Shown piece after piece: positions 28,342-38,341 of a stretch of DNA of 64,000 nucleotides (positions are counted from its first letter, which is position 1; every line of letters starts with the position of its first letter). The DNA is taken from contig JAFWDK010000029.1 of NCBI GenBank assembly GCA_017513085.1, positions 107,275 through 171,274 of the forward strand, written 5' to 3'. Made by a program: the position numbers and the translations under genes. This DNA is from Clostridiales bacterium. Its GTDB lineage: Bacteria > Bacillota > Clostridia > Saccharofermentanales > Saccharofermentanaceae. Under the pieces are notes generated by a model that saw only the letters and a list, made by a program, of their open reading frames with translations, was not told where the DNA came from and did not search any database.

Positions 28342-30552
28342 ATGATCCTTCTTGAGAAAAAATGGCGTTTGCCGGAAGAACCGGCGAATGCGGATGAGCG
28401 TGCAGTTTGGGGAGCGGATGCGTCTTCGAATGCAGAAATGGCCGGAAGCGGAAGCGCTGGTGTGCCGGACCTGATCGGGCGGCTTCTTGCTACACGCAAC
28501 ATGACATCGAAGGAGCAGGTTTCGGCCTTCCTGTCGAGAGAGCCGAAAGAGTGGCACGACCCTTTTCTCATGAACGACATGGCGCCGGCAGTGGAGCGGA
28601 TCCTTGCGGCGCTGCAAAATAGCGAGAAGATACTGATCTGCGGCGATTATGACGCGGACGGCGTGACATCGACAACGATCCTGATGTCCTTTTTCCAACA
28701 TACACTGCATGCGCAGGTAGCGTATATCATCCCGGACCGTATGAGCGAAGGGTACGGCATGAGCGGAGCCCTTCTGGAGCGGATCCGGAAAGAAGCGCCG
28801 AAACTGGTGATCACGGTGGACTGCGGAATCGCCAACTATACTGAGATCGAAGAACTGATGGAAAGCGGGATCGATGTGATCGTGACAGACCATCATGAGG
28901 TAAAAGAACTTCTCCCGCCGGCTTTGGCGGTCATTGACTGTAAGCGGACGGATAACAGTTATCCTTTCGTGCATCTTTGCGGCGCCGGTGTGGCGCTGAA
29001 ACTTGTGGCCGCGCTGTGCAGTAAGCTCGAAGAAAAGGGCGGTGCGCCGGTCACGAAAGACTCGTGGCACGAATACATCGATATCGCAGCACTGGGTACG
29101 ATCGCGGACGTGGTCAGCCTGACGGGCGAGAACCGGGATATCGTGAAAGCCGGAATGAGAAAACTGAACCAGACGAAACGACCGGGACTACTGGCCCTGC
29201 TCGCCCTGATACGGGAAATCACAGGAAAAACCACGCAAGTGCTTTCGGCGACGGATATTGCCTTTCAGGTCGTGCCGAAGATCAATGCGTGCGGACGGAT
29301 GGGCGATGCGGGACGCGCCGTGGAATTGCTGCTGACGGAAGATCCGGCCCGGGCAAGAGAACTGGCCGGTGTCATGATAGAAGAAAACACGCGGCGTCAG
29401 GAAATGGAGCAGAAGATCGTAGAAGAGGCGGTCAGGAGAATCGAGTCTTCCCCGGAGATGCTGCGGTCGATGAAGAATCCTTCCATGCCGATCGTTATCG
29501 CGGGGGAGAACTGGCATCCGGGCATCCTCGGGATCGTGGCCAGCCGGCTGGTGGAAAGATACCAGCATTCTGCCCTGGTATTCAGTAACGATACGGGAAT
29601 GAAAGGCATGCTGAAAGGCAGCTGCCGGACCGCGGGGGATTTCCCGATCCTGGAATGCCTCAAATACTGCGGGGACAGTGTACGGCAGTTCGGCGGACAC
29701 CAGCGGGCCGCGGGCGTTAGCGTCGAAGAAAGCAAATTCGAAGAATTTAAGACAAAGGCAAGTGCTTTTGCCGAAGAAAGAAATAATGAAGAGGACGTCA
29801 GATACCTGCTCGTTGACGGCGAGCTGGAAAGTGACGAGATCACGCTGGAGAATGCGGAAGAATTACGCGCGCTGGAGCCTTTCGGGGAAGGAAACCGGGA
29901 GCCGGTGTTCCTGGTGCGCAAGGTGAAGATCGTCAACAGTTCACTGGTCGGAAACGGGAAACACCTGAAACTACAGCTTCAGCTGGACGATGAGAAGAAG
30001 AGCGTGCTGGATGCCATTGCTTTCGGCCTGGGAGAGGTCTCGGAGATGTTTGTGCCGGGAACAACGGTGGACGCGCTGGTGAAACTGCTCGTGAACAGCT
30101 GGAATGGCACGGACAGCCTGAGATTACAGGTCGTGGACCTGCATCATGTGGAATTGGGCAAGACGCTCTGGGATAAGCCGCAGGTGCTCGAGAATCTGTA
30201 CCGCAACAAACTACCGGTCAAGCAGCTCCAGATACTGGCCAAGTGCGGCAAGACGGAGGATCTGCTTCCGAACGGCGAGGATATGGGTGTTTTGTACCAG
30301 TATCTCCGCGCCACGTTCCGTGAGAATGTGAATATGGTCGATATGAAACTCCTTGCCAGACTTATGGCCGGGCATTTTAAGAAACCGTTCCACGCGTTCA
30401 AGATCGCCCGTGCGATGGACATGTTTGCGGAGGCGGGACTGCTTGATCTTTTACGGATCAGTGATGAACGAGTCTGTTTTTCCTTGCTATCTGTGAAAAG
30501 CAAAGTTAAACTAGAGGATACAGATACTTATCGCGCTTTATATGGGAGATGA
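28342..30552 (+). CDS. recJ: ssDNA exonuclease RecJ
   Basis: GDYDADG, ITVDCG, TDHH, GGH. Confidence 0.96.
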   Translation: MILLEKKWRLPEEPANADERAVWGADASSNAEMAGSGSAGVPDLIGRLLATRNMTSKEQVSAFLSREPKEWHDPFLMNDMAPAVERILAALQNSEKILICGDYDADGVTSTTILMSFFQHTLHAQVAYIIPDRMSEGYGMSGALLERIRKEAPKLVITVDCGIANYTEIEELMESGIDVIVTDHHEVKELLPPALAVIDCKRTDNSYPFVHLCGAGVALKLVAALCSKLEEKGGAPVTKDSWHEYIDIAALGTIADVVSLTGENRDIVKAGMRKLNQTKRPGLLALLALIREITGKTTQVLSATDIAFQVVPKINACGRMGDAGRAVELLLTEDPARARELAGVMIEENTRRQEMEQKIVEEAVRRIESSPEMLRSMKNPSMPIVIAGENWHPGILGIVASRLVERYQHSALVFSNDTGMKGMLKGSCRTAGDFPILECLKYCGDSVRQFGGHQRAAGVSVEESKFEEFKTKASAFAEERNNEEDVRYLLVDGELESDEITLENAEELRALEPFGEGNREPVFLVRKVKIVNSSLVGNGKHLKLQLQLDDEKKSVLDAIAFGLGEVSEMFVPGTTVDALVKLLVNSWNGTDSLRLQVVDLHHVELGKTLWDKPQVLENLYRNKLPVKQLQILAKCGKTEDLLPNGEDMGVLYQYLRATFRENVNMVDMKLLARLMAGHFKKPFHAFKIARAMDMFAEAGLLDLLRISDERVCFSLLSVKSKVKLEDTDTYRALYGR

Positions 30553-32996
30553 CGGAAGCAACAATGAGTGGAGACAAGAAGAAAACCGAAGAACAGATAC
30601 CGGACGAGCAGGCATTCTTTGAAGACCTGCGCGACAGTGCTTTTCCGGACAATATCAGCGAAGATATCCTGGACATGCTCGATGAGGTGATTTCCAGATA
30701 CAGGTCTTACTCGGAAAAAGACGAGTCGGAGCGGATCCGGCGGGCTTTCGTTTTTGCTTACAAAGCACACAGTTCCCAGAAGAGAAAGTCGGGTGAGCCG
30801 TACATTATCCACCCGATCGCGACGGCGCAGATCCTGACGGAACTTGAAGTGGATACCGACACACTGGTGGCCGCGCTTCTGCACGATACAGTCGAAGATA
30901 CGCCGGTTACGGTGGATCTGATCCGTGAAGTTTTCGGTGACAATGTCGCGCTTCTGGTCGACGGAGTAACCAAACTCGGTCGTATCCCGTATTCATCTAA
31001 AGAAGAGCAGCAGGCGGAAAATATGCGTAAGATGTTCCTGGCGATGGCCAAGGATATCCGCGTGATCCTGATCAAGCTGGCGGACCGTCTGCATAACATG
31101 CGTACCATGAAGCATCAGGACCCGGCCAAGCAGCGGGATATCTCTTTGGAGACCCGAGATATTTATGCGCCGCTTGCGCATCGCCTGGGTATTTATAAGA
31201 TCAAGTGGGAACTGGAGGATCTGTGTCTTCGTTACACTGATCCGGATGCGTACTACGAGCTTGTCGGCGCGATTTCCCAGAAGCGTTCCGAACGTGAGAA
31301 ATTCCTCGAGAGTGTCGTCAGCGAGATGTCCGACAGGATCTCCCAGATGGGCATTCACGCGGAGATCGAAGGCCGCCCGAAGCATTTCTACAGCATTTAC
31401 AACAAGATGAAGAACCAGGACAAACACCTGGATCAGATCTACGATATTTTCGCGTGCCGCATCATCGTGGACACCGTGTCCGACTGCTACGCCGTGCTCG
31501 GTCTTGTGCATGAGATGTACTACCCGATGCCGGGACGTTTTAAGGACTATATCGCGATGCCGAAGCCGAATATGTACCAGTCGCTTCACACGACGGTAAT
31601 CGGTAAAGAAGGTATCCCTTTTGAAGTGCAGATCCGTACTCTGGCCATGCACCGGACCGCGGAATACGGTATCGCGGCGCACTGGAAGTATAAAGAGAAG
31701 GGCAACTCCAATGCCGGCGGCAAGAACACGTCTTTCGACACGAAACTTTCATGGCTGCGCCAGATCCTGGACTGGCAGGGCGATTCCAAAGATGCGAACG
31801 AGTATCTGGACGCTCTGAAGACCGGGCTTGTCGAAGATGAAGTTTTTGTATTCACCCCGAAGGGCGACGTTATCTCGTTGCCTTTGCATTCCTGCCCGAT
31901 CGACCTGGCGTACACGATCCACAGTGGAATCGGTAACCGCATGTACGGCGCCAAGGTCAACGGCCGACTGGTACCGCTGGCAACAGAACTTCAGAACGGC
32001 GATATCGTCGAGATCCTGACTTCCGATCAGGTAAAAGGACCTTCGCGTGATTGGGCGAAGATCGTCAAGACCAGCGCGGCGAAGTCGAAGATCAATGCTT
32101 TCTTCAAGAAAGAGACCCGTGAGTCCAATATCGTGATCGGTAAAGAAGCCGTGGAACGCGAGATCAAGAAGATCGGCTTTACCACTCAGCAGCTTCTTAA
32201 GAAAGATTATGTGGACATCGTACTCAAGAAATACGCACAGAATACGATCGACGATCTCTATGCGGCAATCGGCTATGGCCTTCACACCGCGCACAAAGTC
32301 GTCGGACGCCTCCGTGACGAATATATCCGCTCCCTTCCGGAAGACGAGCGATTCGAACTGGGATACCGCGTGACCTCGGCCGGTCAGGTAGTTTACCAGC
32401 CCATCGCGAAAGAGCTTTTTGACGAGAAGAATATCACGTCCACGCCAAATGCGCTGATCGCGAGTTCGCAGGAGCAGAGCCATGTGGGCGCTTCAGGCAA
32501 GGAGAAATACGGGGCGTCGTCTTCCGTTGTGGTCACCGGCATCGAGAATTGCCTGACGCATCTGTCGCGTTGCTGCAATCCGCTTCCGGGCGACGAGATC
32601 ATCGGCTATATCACGCGTGGCAACGGTGTTGGCGTGCACCGCAAAGACTGCAGTAACATAAGAAACATCATGGCGAATGCTACCTCTTCGGTTCGCGCCG
32701 CAGAGCGTGCTTCGCGTCTGATCGAAGTATACTGGAAAGACCAGGCTCATCCAAAAGCACTGTATCTTGCCGAGTTTACGGTCATTGCGCTGGATCGGAG
32801 ACATCTTCTTGCGGATATCTCCAATGCGATCGCGGAAGAACATGTTCCGATCACTTCCGCTTCTATGTCGGCCATGAAGGATGTCACGGCCCGCTTCACC
32901 ATGACCGTGGAAGTGAAGGATCAGGCTCAGCTCGATCGTGTCCTCGGAAGGATCAAGGCCATCCGCGATGTGCTTGAAGTTCGAAAAGGTAATTGA
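30549..32996 (+). CDS. relA: Bifunctional (p)ppGpp synthetase/hydrolase Rel
   Basis: HD hydrolase (LLHDTVED), YQSLHT, EVQIRT, TGS and ACT domains. Confidence 0.97.
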   Translation: MTEATMSGDKKKTEEQIPDEQAFFEDLRDSAFPDNISEDILDMLDEVISRYRSYSEKDESERIRRAFVFAYKAHSSQKRKSGEPYIIHPIATAQILTELEVDTDTLVAALLHDTVEDTPVTVDLIREVFGDNVALLVDGVTKLGRIPYSSKEEQQAENMRKMFLAMAKDIRVILIKLADRLHNMRTMKHQDPAKQRDISLETRDIYAPLAHRLGIYKIKWELEDLCLRYTDPDAYYELVGAISQKRSEREKFLESVVSEMSDRISQMGIHAEIEGRPKHFYSIYNKMKNQDKHLDQIYDIFACRIIVDTVSDCYAVLGLVHEMYYPMPGRFKDYIAMPKPNMYQSLHTTVIGKEGIPFEVQIRTLAMHRTAEYGIAAHWKYKEKGNSNAGGKNTSFDTKLSWLRQILDWQGDSKDANEYLDALKTGLVEDEVFVFTPKGDVISLPLHSCPIDLAYTIHSGIGNRMYGAKVNGRLVPLATELQNGDIVEILTSDQVKGPSRDWAKIVKTSAAKSKINAFFKKETRESNIVIGKEAVEREIKKIGFTTQQLLKKDYVDIVLKKYAQNTIDDLYAAIGYGLHTAHKVVGRLRDEYIRSLPEDERFELGYRVTSAGQVVYQPIAKELFDEKNITSTPNALIASSQEQSHVGASGKEKYGASSSVVVTGIENCLTHLSRCCNPLPGDEIIGYITRGNGVGVHRKDCSNIRNIMANATSSVRAAERASRLIEVYWKDQAHPKALYLAEFTVIALDRRHLLADISNAIAEEHVPITSASMSAMKDVTARFTMTVEVKDQAQLDRVLGRIKAIRDVLEVRKGN

Positions 32997-33089
32997 CCGT
33001 AGTGATCTACGAAACTAAGGGAAACAGGGGGAAGCGAGTAAGAGGGAAGACAGTAAAGGGGATCTGAAAAGAAAAGGAGACAAGACCTT

Positions 33090-34460
33090 ATGAAAGAGAA
33101 GATTCCCCAAAACAATGTGCCACAGCCGGTTCTGACACCGGAGAGCATGGCGCAGCATTCTGCATCTTCATCTGGACAAGAACGGATGAAGCCGGATCCG
33201 AAGGCAAAGAAGAAGGCTGGTTCCAAAGAAACCGGAATCGGTATGAACATCCTGTTTGCAAGCATACTGGTCCTCCTGGCCGGCGGCGTTGTGTTTGCGT
33301 TGCTTGCCGCAAACGGTACCTTTTCCAAAGGAACGAGAAGAGCGTCTGAAGAAGAGACGACGGCGGTGGAACTAACAACCAAAGAGTCGGAGAAAAAATC
33401 AGAAGGAGAGACAACAAAAGAATCGGCGGGAGAGTCCAAAGTCGTTACGTCTCCAACTGACTCCGCGTCCGACAGTCAAACCGGTGCTTTTGCGCAGTCG
33501 TTTCAAGACGTTAAATCAGTGTCGGCAGTGTCGCAGATGACTTCGGAAGAACAAGAAAAGATTTGCGTAGCTTTGCAAGAATACATCCAAAATGCTGTCA
33601 TGATTGACGGTGCGAACAGTAATGATCCATCAAAGGTGGTATTTGACGAAATTAATTGCCTCGGTATGACACTTCAAGAAGATGAAATCGAATTAGACTT
33701 AAACAAAACCGAGAAAAGAACAAGTATTACATTTGTCTATCAGGTGCAGGTCACGGATAATGTGGGAGCCTCCTCGGTCAAGCGGCAATACTTCTCTTCC
33801 GTCACTTTAATCCGCTTTCAGAATAAAGATATCAGCACTTCGGATCTTAACAGTGATTACGGGAGGGATCTGTCTTTTGATGGATGGAGCACAGATGGTT
33901 TCTTGAATCTGGATGATCTGATCGACGACATCGAGTTCGACGGAGAAATAAAGGAATCTACAATTGACCTGAATCGACTTCTTCCTTTCGATGGCAAAGA
34001 CCCTTCTGAATTCGAAATCTACAAACCGGTTACCTCTTTTGACCAGATCTCAGAGAACATGCGTAACAAAATGAGACGGAATTCGGAAACGGTTATTAGA
34101 TCTCTCCGTTCCTTCAGAGAAGAGCCGGCAGGAAAGATCCTGGAGAACTACGAATTCCTCGGATTCGCCTTTACAGTCTCCGAAGACGGCAAAGAAAACA
34201 TTACCTATACTGTTTATAAATTCACTTTCAGTGACCTTGATAAGACGCCACCTGAGGCATATGACTTCTACTGGTATGTCGGTTTTCATGATTCTATCGA
34301 AGGCGGACAGACAGATCGATCCTGCTCATACGTCGGCGCGGACCCATGGGATCTGGAAAACTGGGCCGGTGACCCGATCTCGACAAACCTCGACGATGTT
34401 AGAAAAGCAATCGCTGACTGGGAACCCACGTGGAAGTACGAGGATAATCTATCTGAATGA
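33090..34460 (+). CDS. Membrane-anchored hypothetical protein
   Basis: One TM helix, S/T/E linker, two apparently related extracellular domains. Confidence 0.75.
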   Translation: MKEKIPQNNVPQPVLTPESMAQHSASSSGQERMKPDPKAKKKAGSKETGIGMNILFASILVLLAGGVVFALLAANGTFSKGTRRASEEETTAVELTTKESEKKSEGETTKESAGESKVVTSPTDSASDSQTGAFAQSFQDVKSVSAVSQMTSEEQEKICVALQEYIQNAVMIDGANSNDPSKVVFDEINCLGMTLQEDEIELDLNKTEKRTSITFVYQVQVTDNVGASSVKRQYFSSVTLIRFQNKDISTSDLNSDYGRDLSFDGWSTDGFLNLDDLIDDIEFDGEIKESTIDLNRLLPFDGKDPSEFEIYKPVTSFDQISENMRNKMRRNSETVIRSLRSFREEPAGKILENYEFLGFAFTVSEDGKENITYTVYKFTFSDLDKTPPEAYDFYWYVGFHDSIEGGQTDRSCSYVGADPWDLENWAGDPISTNLDDVRKAIADWEPTWKYEDNLSE

Positions 34461-34467
34461 CGTGGTC

Positions 34468-34543
34468 GCAGAACTGTTTCTTCGTAGCTGGTACTCGGCG
34501 TGCTACGCACGCCTGCGTAATCGCTCCTCAGAAACAGTTCTGC
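34468..34543 (-). repeat. 76-bp palindromic REP-like element, copy 1; degenerate copy follows at about 34561-34618
   Basis: GCAGAACTGTTTCT..AGAAACAGTTCTGC; near-identical reverse complement of 47131-47206 and 62840-62915. Confidence 0.9.
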
Positions 34544-34630
34544 TTCGGATGAAGCGGCCGGGCGCGGATCCGCAGACGCAACGCGCCAAGGACCGGCGAG
34601 GAGGAAACACAGTTCTGCCCTCTTTGTGGC

Positions 34631-34667
34631 AAAAAAGATCGCCTCAAGTGTTGAGACGATCTTTTTT
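34631..34667. terminator. Bidirectional terminator
   Basis: AAAAAAGATCG..CGATCTTTTTT between convergent genes. Confidence 0.8.
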
Positions 34668-34706
34668 CCTTCATGACATATGTGATGCAAAAGTGGGTTT
34701 ACGTAA

Positions 34707-36890
34707 TCAGATCTCCATGACATTGATCAGGATCAACGGTCTTCGCTTGGTGCTCTCGAACAGCATGCTTTTCAGGGCGTCGCGGATGTGGTTGGATTCT
34801 ACGGCTTCGCGGATCGTCTTGGTGGATTTGTTCGTTTCCAGGCGATGCAGGTAGTTGTAGAGTTTCTGCGACAGATCATGCTGGATCGCGCCGGCTTCGC
34901 TCTCAAAGAGGAATCCGACAGACTGCATGGCCGGAGGGCAGAGGAGCTTGCCGGAGACTTTGGAGATAACGATCGATACGGATACAACGCCGTCGTCGGC
35001 GAGGATCCGGCGGTCACGGAAGACGCGGTTGTCGATGTCGCCGGCGCCGGAGCCATCGATCAGGACCGGAGCGGCCGGAACGAAATCGGCGATTTTGGCG
35101 GAGTCGGGAGTGACCTCCAGGACATCGCCGTTGTTCAGGATGAATGTGCGGGATTCCGGCGTGCCGAGGCGGCGTGCGAGGGCAGCGTGACGGAATAGCA
35201 TGCGGTATTCACCATGACAAGGAACGAAGAATTTCGGCTTGACCAGGGTGTGGATGAGCGTGAGTTCATCGAGGTAAGCGTGGCCGGAAACGTGAACATC
35301 GGCGAGAGATTCGTAGATGACATGCGCGCCACGACGGAAAAGCTCATTGATGACACGATAGATCGGTTTCTCGTTACCCGGGATCGGGTGAGCGGAGAGG
35401 ATGACGGTATCGCCCTCGTGAATATCTACGACACGGTGCGAGGCAAAAGCCATACGGGACAGAGCACTCATCGGCTCGGCCTGAGAGCCTGTGGTCAGGA
35501 TGACGACCTCTTCCGGTTCGTATTTATTGATGTCGTTGATATCGATCAACGTGCTTGGATTCATATTGATATAGCCAAGAGAATTGGCAACCGAGAAGGT
35601 GTTCAGCATCGAACGGCCGATCAGAGCCACCTTGCGGTTATACATCTCCGCCGCGGTGAAGATCTGCTGCATACGGTGAACATGGCTGCTGAACGTGGCG
35701 ATGATGATACGCCCGGTGGTGTTCCGGAAGATCCGCTGGAAAGACTCGCCCACGTGTTTCTCGGACGGGGAGGAGCCGGGGATCTCGACATTGGTGCTCT
35801 CGGCAAGAAGGAGAAGTACACCCTGACGGCCGTATTCGGCGAAACGGCCGAGGTCGATCGGCTCGCCGTTGATCGGAGTAAAGTCGATCTTAAAGTCACC
35901 CGTATGGATGATGTTGCCGACGGGGGTACGGATGCCGAAAGCAAAAGCGTCTGCGATACTGTGGTTGACGCGGATGAATTCAACTTTGAAACTGTTACCC
36001 GCCTTGATGACATCACCGGCTGCCGCATAGACCAGCTCGATTCCGCGCGTGCCGACACCGGCATCCATCAGCTTGTGACGCGTCAGCTCGATCGTGAGCT
36101 TGCCACCGTAGATCGGGCACTTGATCTCCCGCATCAGGTAGGGGAGCGCGCCGATATGGTCTTCATGGCCGTGCGTCAGGAAGATACCGCGCACACGGTC
36201 TTTATTCTGGATCACATAGGTGTAGTCCTGGATCACCGCGTCTACACCAAGCATACTCTCTTCCGGGAACGCTACGCCGACATCGACAATGATGATGTCG
36301 TTATCGTACTCGAAAAGAGTCATATTCTTACCGATCTCCTGCATGCCGCCCAAAGGAATGACCTTGAGCTTGTGCGGCTCACGCTTGTTAGCAAAAGCCT
36401 TCTCCGCATCCTGCACCGCCTTAAAGAAAGTGGTGTTGATCTCGGAGAGGACTTCCTCCGAGGCCGAGCCAAAAGCACTTGCGCTCAGCAGTTTCTTGGT
36501 GGATTTCGAGGCGCTTGAGACCTTGGACTTCAGTTCTGTTTTGGCAGAAGAAGACTTCGAAACTTTGGAAGTCTTGGCAACAGAAGACTTCGACTCCTTC
36601 TTATCCTGCTTGACAGCCTTCTTCGGTGCTTTTGGAGCAGAAGAGGGGACCGCATGCTTGGCTTTCTCGTTCTTTTCGATTTTGCGGGCGCGGTTGATGT
36701 GAAGGGAGATCTCGTCCTGGATTTCTCTGTCGGTCCACTGGTTGGATGCGGAACGCTTGCTCTTGCCGGACTTGCCTGACGGGGCGCCGGCCTTTTTCTT
36801 CTTCGCTGCAGACGGTAGACGCACTGCATTGTTATAAGTTGGCGTTACGGAATTACTGTCCGCTGCGCCACGGTTCTTCGCAGATGCCAT
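34707..36890 (-). CDS. rnj: Ribonuclease J with long basic N-terminal extension
   Basis: LGGMQEIGKN, THGHEDHIG, HVSGH. Confidence 0.96.
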   Translation of the reverse strand: MASAKNRGAADSNSVTPTYNNAVRLPSAAKKKKAGAPSGKSGKSKRSASNQWTDREIQDEISLHINRARKIEKNEKAKHAVPSSAPKAPKKAVKQDKKESKSSVAKTSKVSKSSSAKTELKSKVSSASKSTKKLLSASAFGSASEEVLSEINTTFFKAVQDAEKAFANKREPHKLKVIPLGGMQEIGKNMTLFEYDNDIIIVDVGVAFPEESMLGVDAVIQDYTYVIQNKDRVRGIFLTHGHEDHIGALPYLMREIKCPIYGGKLTIELTRHKLMDAGVGTRGIELVYAAAGDVIKAGNSFKVEFIRVNHSIADAFAFGIRTPVGNIIHTGDFKIDFTPINGEPIDLGRFAEYGRQGVLLLLAESTNVEIPGSSPSEKHVGESFQRIFRNTTGRIIIATFSSHVHRMQQIFTAAEMYNRKVALIGRSMLNTFSVANSLGYINMNPSTLIDINDINKYEPEEVVILTTGSQAEPMSALSRMAFASHRVVDIHEGDTVILSAHPIPGNEKPIYRVINELFRRGAHVIYESLADVHVSGHAYLDELTLIHTLVKPKFFVPCHGEYRMLFRHAALARRLGTPESRTFILNNGDVLEVTPDSAKIADFVPAAPVLIDGSGAGDIDNRVFRDRRILADDGVVSVSIVISKVSGKLLCPPAMQSVGFLFESEAGAIQHDLSQKLYNYLHRLETNKSTKTIREAVESNHIRDALKSMLFESTKRRPLILINVMEI

Positions 36891-36916
36891 ATATAGCTTC
36901 CTCTAAGCTTTCTTAG

Positions 36917-38149
36917 TTAATAAACAATGTAAACCTTGACATCGTACAGAGTCGGGTGATTTCCGGATTCGCCGTCCTCTGCAAAAATATCAATGGTATG
37001 GCCGTCCACGCCGTAACCGGTATCTTCTGCGATGTAGTAGCCATCGCCGCCCAGAGGGTCATTTTCCACGTAAACAGTAGAGCCCAACGGAATGACGTTC
37101 GGATCTACTGCGATCGTACGGCCTTCTGTGCAGATCGTGCCGGTTCTGGTTGTACGGTTATCTGTTCCCGGGCCTGCGTAGTCCGGACCATAGAAGGTGA
37201 CCTTGAAATCTGCACCGACAAGACGCATGGAACCCTTCTCAGGATTGGAAGGCTTCTCTGGTTCAGTCGGCTCAGGTGTCGGTTCTGGCTTCGTCTCCGG
37301 AACAGGAGTAGGAGTCGGTGTCGGGACCGGTGTCGGATCACGATCCGGTTCCGGCTTGGGAACAGGTGTATTGGTCGGCTCCGGTCTCGGGGTCGGAGTC
37401 GGCGTAGCCGGTTTTTCATCAGAACAAAGGTCGGCGAGTACATAAGTATCGCGGATCGTTCTGTACCAGCCGGTGTTGGTGATCGCTACAACTTCGATCG
37501 CATCCCCGGCATGGAGTGTCTTCGTAATCGGGTAGTCCGTGCCCGGACCGGAACGGACGTTGACCTCGCCGTTTACATAGAAAGTGCCGCTCATGGGACT
37601 CTCTGTCCAGGCGGGCTTCGGAGTAGGTGTCGGCTTCGGAGTAGGCGTATTTGTCGGCTCCGGTTTTTCTGTCGGTTCAGGTGTCGGCTCGGATGTGGTT
37701 TCCGGAACCGTGGTCTCAGAAGAAGTGGTGGCCTCGGATGTTTCCTCAGAGGACTCGGAAGAGGTGGTCGTGGTAGCATCCGTAGCGCCTACAGCACCTG
37801 CAGCTCCCGTGTCTGCGCCTGTCTCCAGCTTGCTGCCGGTCTTGCTGCTTTTAAATGAGTCACGATCGGCGTCGGCAAGAGAAGGCTCGTCTTCCGCCAC
37901 TTTCTTGTCCGCTACGGCAGTCTCCGCAACGGTAGCTGTTGTTTCCAGCTCGGTAGAACCGGCCTTATACTCGATGTTGTTGACCTGGTCGTATTCTTTG
38001 TTTTTCTTGCTTCTGGAGCCGCTCAGAAGAGTATCTGTACCCACTACACAAGAAAACGCGAGCAAGACGATGATGCCGATGCCGACAAAAGTCGAGAAAC
38101 GGCTTCGTCCTGAATTACCTGTGTTTTTCGGAAGTCCGATAAACTTCAT
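36917..38149 (-). CDS. SH3b + 3D domain cell-wall protein
   Basis: VNVRSGPGT; IAVDPNVIPLGS..AEDTG..IDIF; PT linkers. Confidence 0.88.
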   Translation of the reverse strand: MKFIGLPKNTGNSGRSRFSTFVGIGIIVLLAFSCVVGTDTLLSGSRSKKNKEYDQVNNIEYKAGSTELETTATVAETAVADKKVAEDEPSLADADRDSFKSSKTGSKLETGADTGAAGAVGATDATTTTSSESSEETSEATTSSETTVPETTSEPTPEPTEKPEPTNTPTPKPTPTPKPAWTESPMSGTFYVNGEVNVRSGPGTDYPITKTLHAGDAIEVVAITNTGWYRTIRDTYVLADLCSDEKPATPTPTPRPEPTNTPVPKPEPDRDPTPVPTPTPTPVPETKPEPTPEPTEPEKPSNPEKGSMRLVGADFKVTFYGPDYAGPGTDNRTTRTGTICTEGRTIAVDPNVIPLGSTVYVENDPLGGDGYYIAEDTGYGVDGHTIDIFAEDGESGNHPTLYDVKVYIVY

Positions 38150-38341
38150 TCCATTCTCCTTCAAAACTGTATCCCGTGTCAGGGGCTTCCCAAGCACCTG
38201 TTTCGGAACAGTATCTGCATGTCTTCTGCGGCCTGTCTTTGACACAAGGACGCGATAATTACACAGTATTGTACCACAAATCCCTGATTTAGGCAAAAAT
38301 CAGGGATTTTAGAGGCTTTGGGGAAGGCATTCCGCGTCCGC

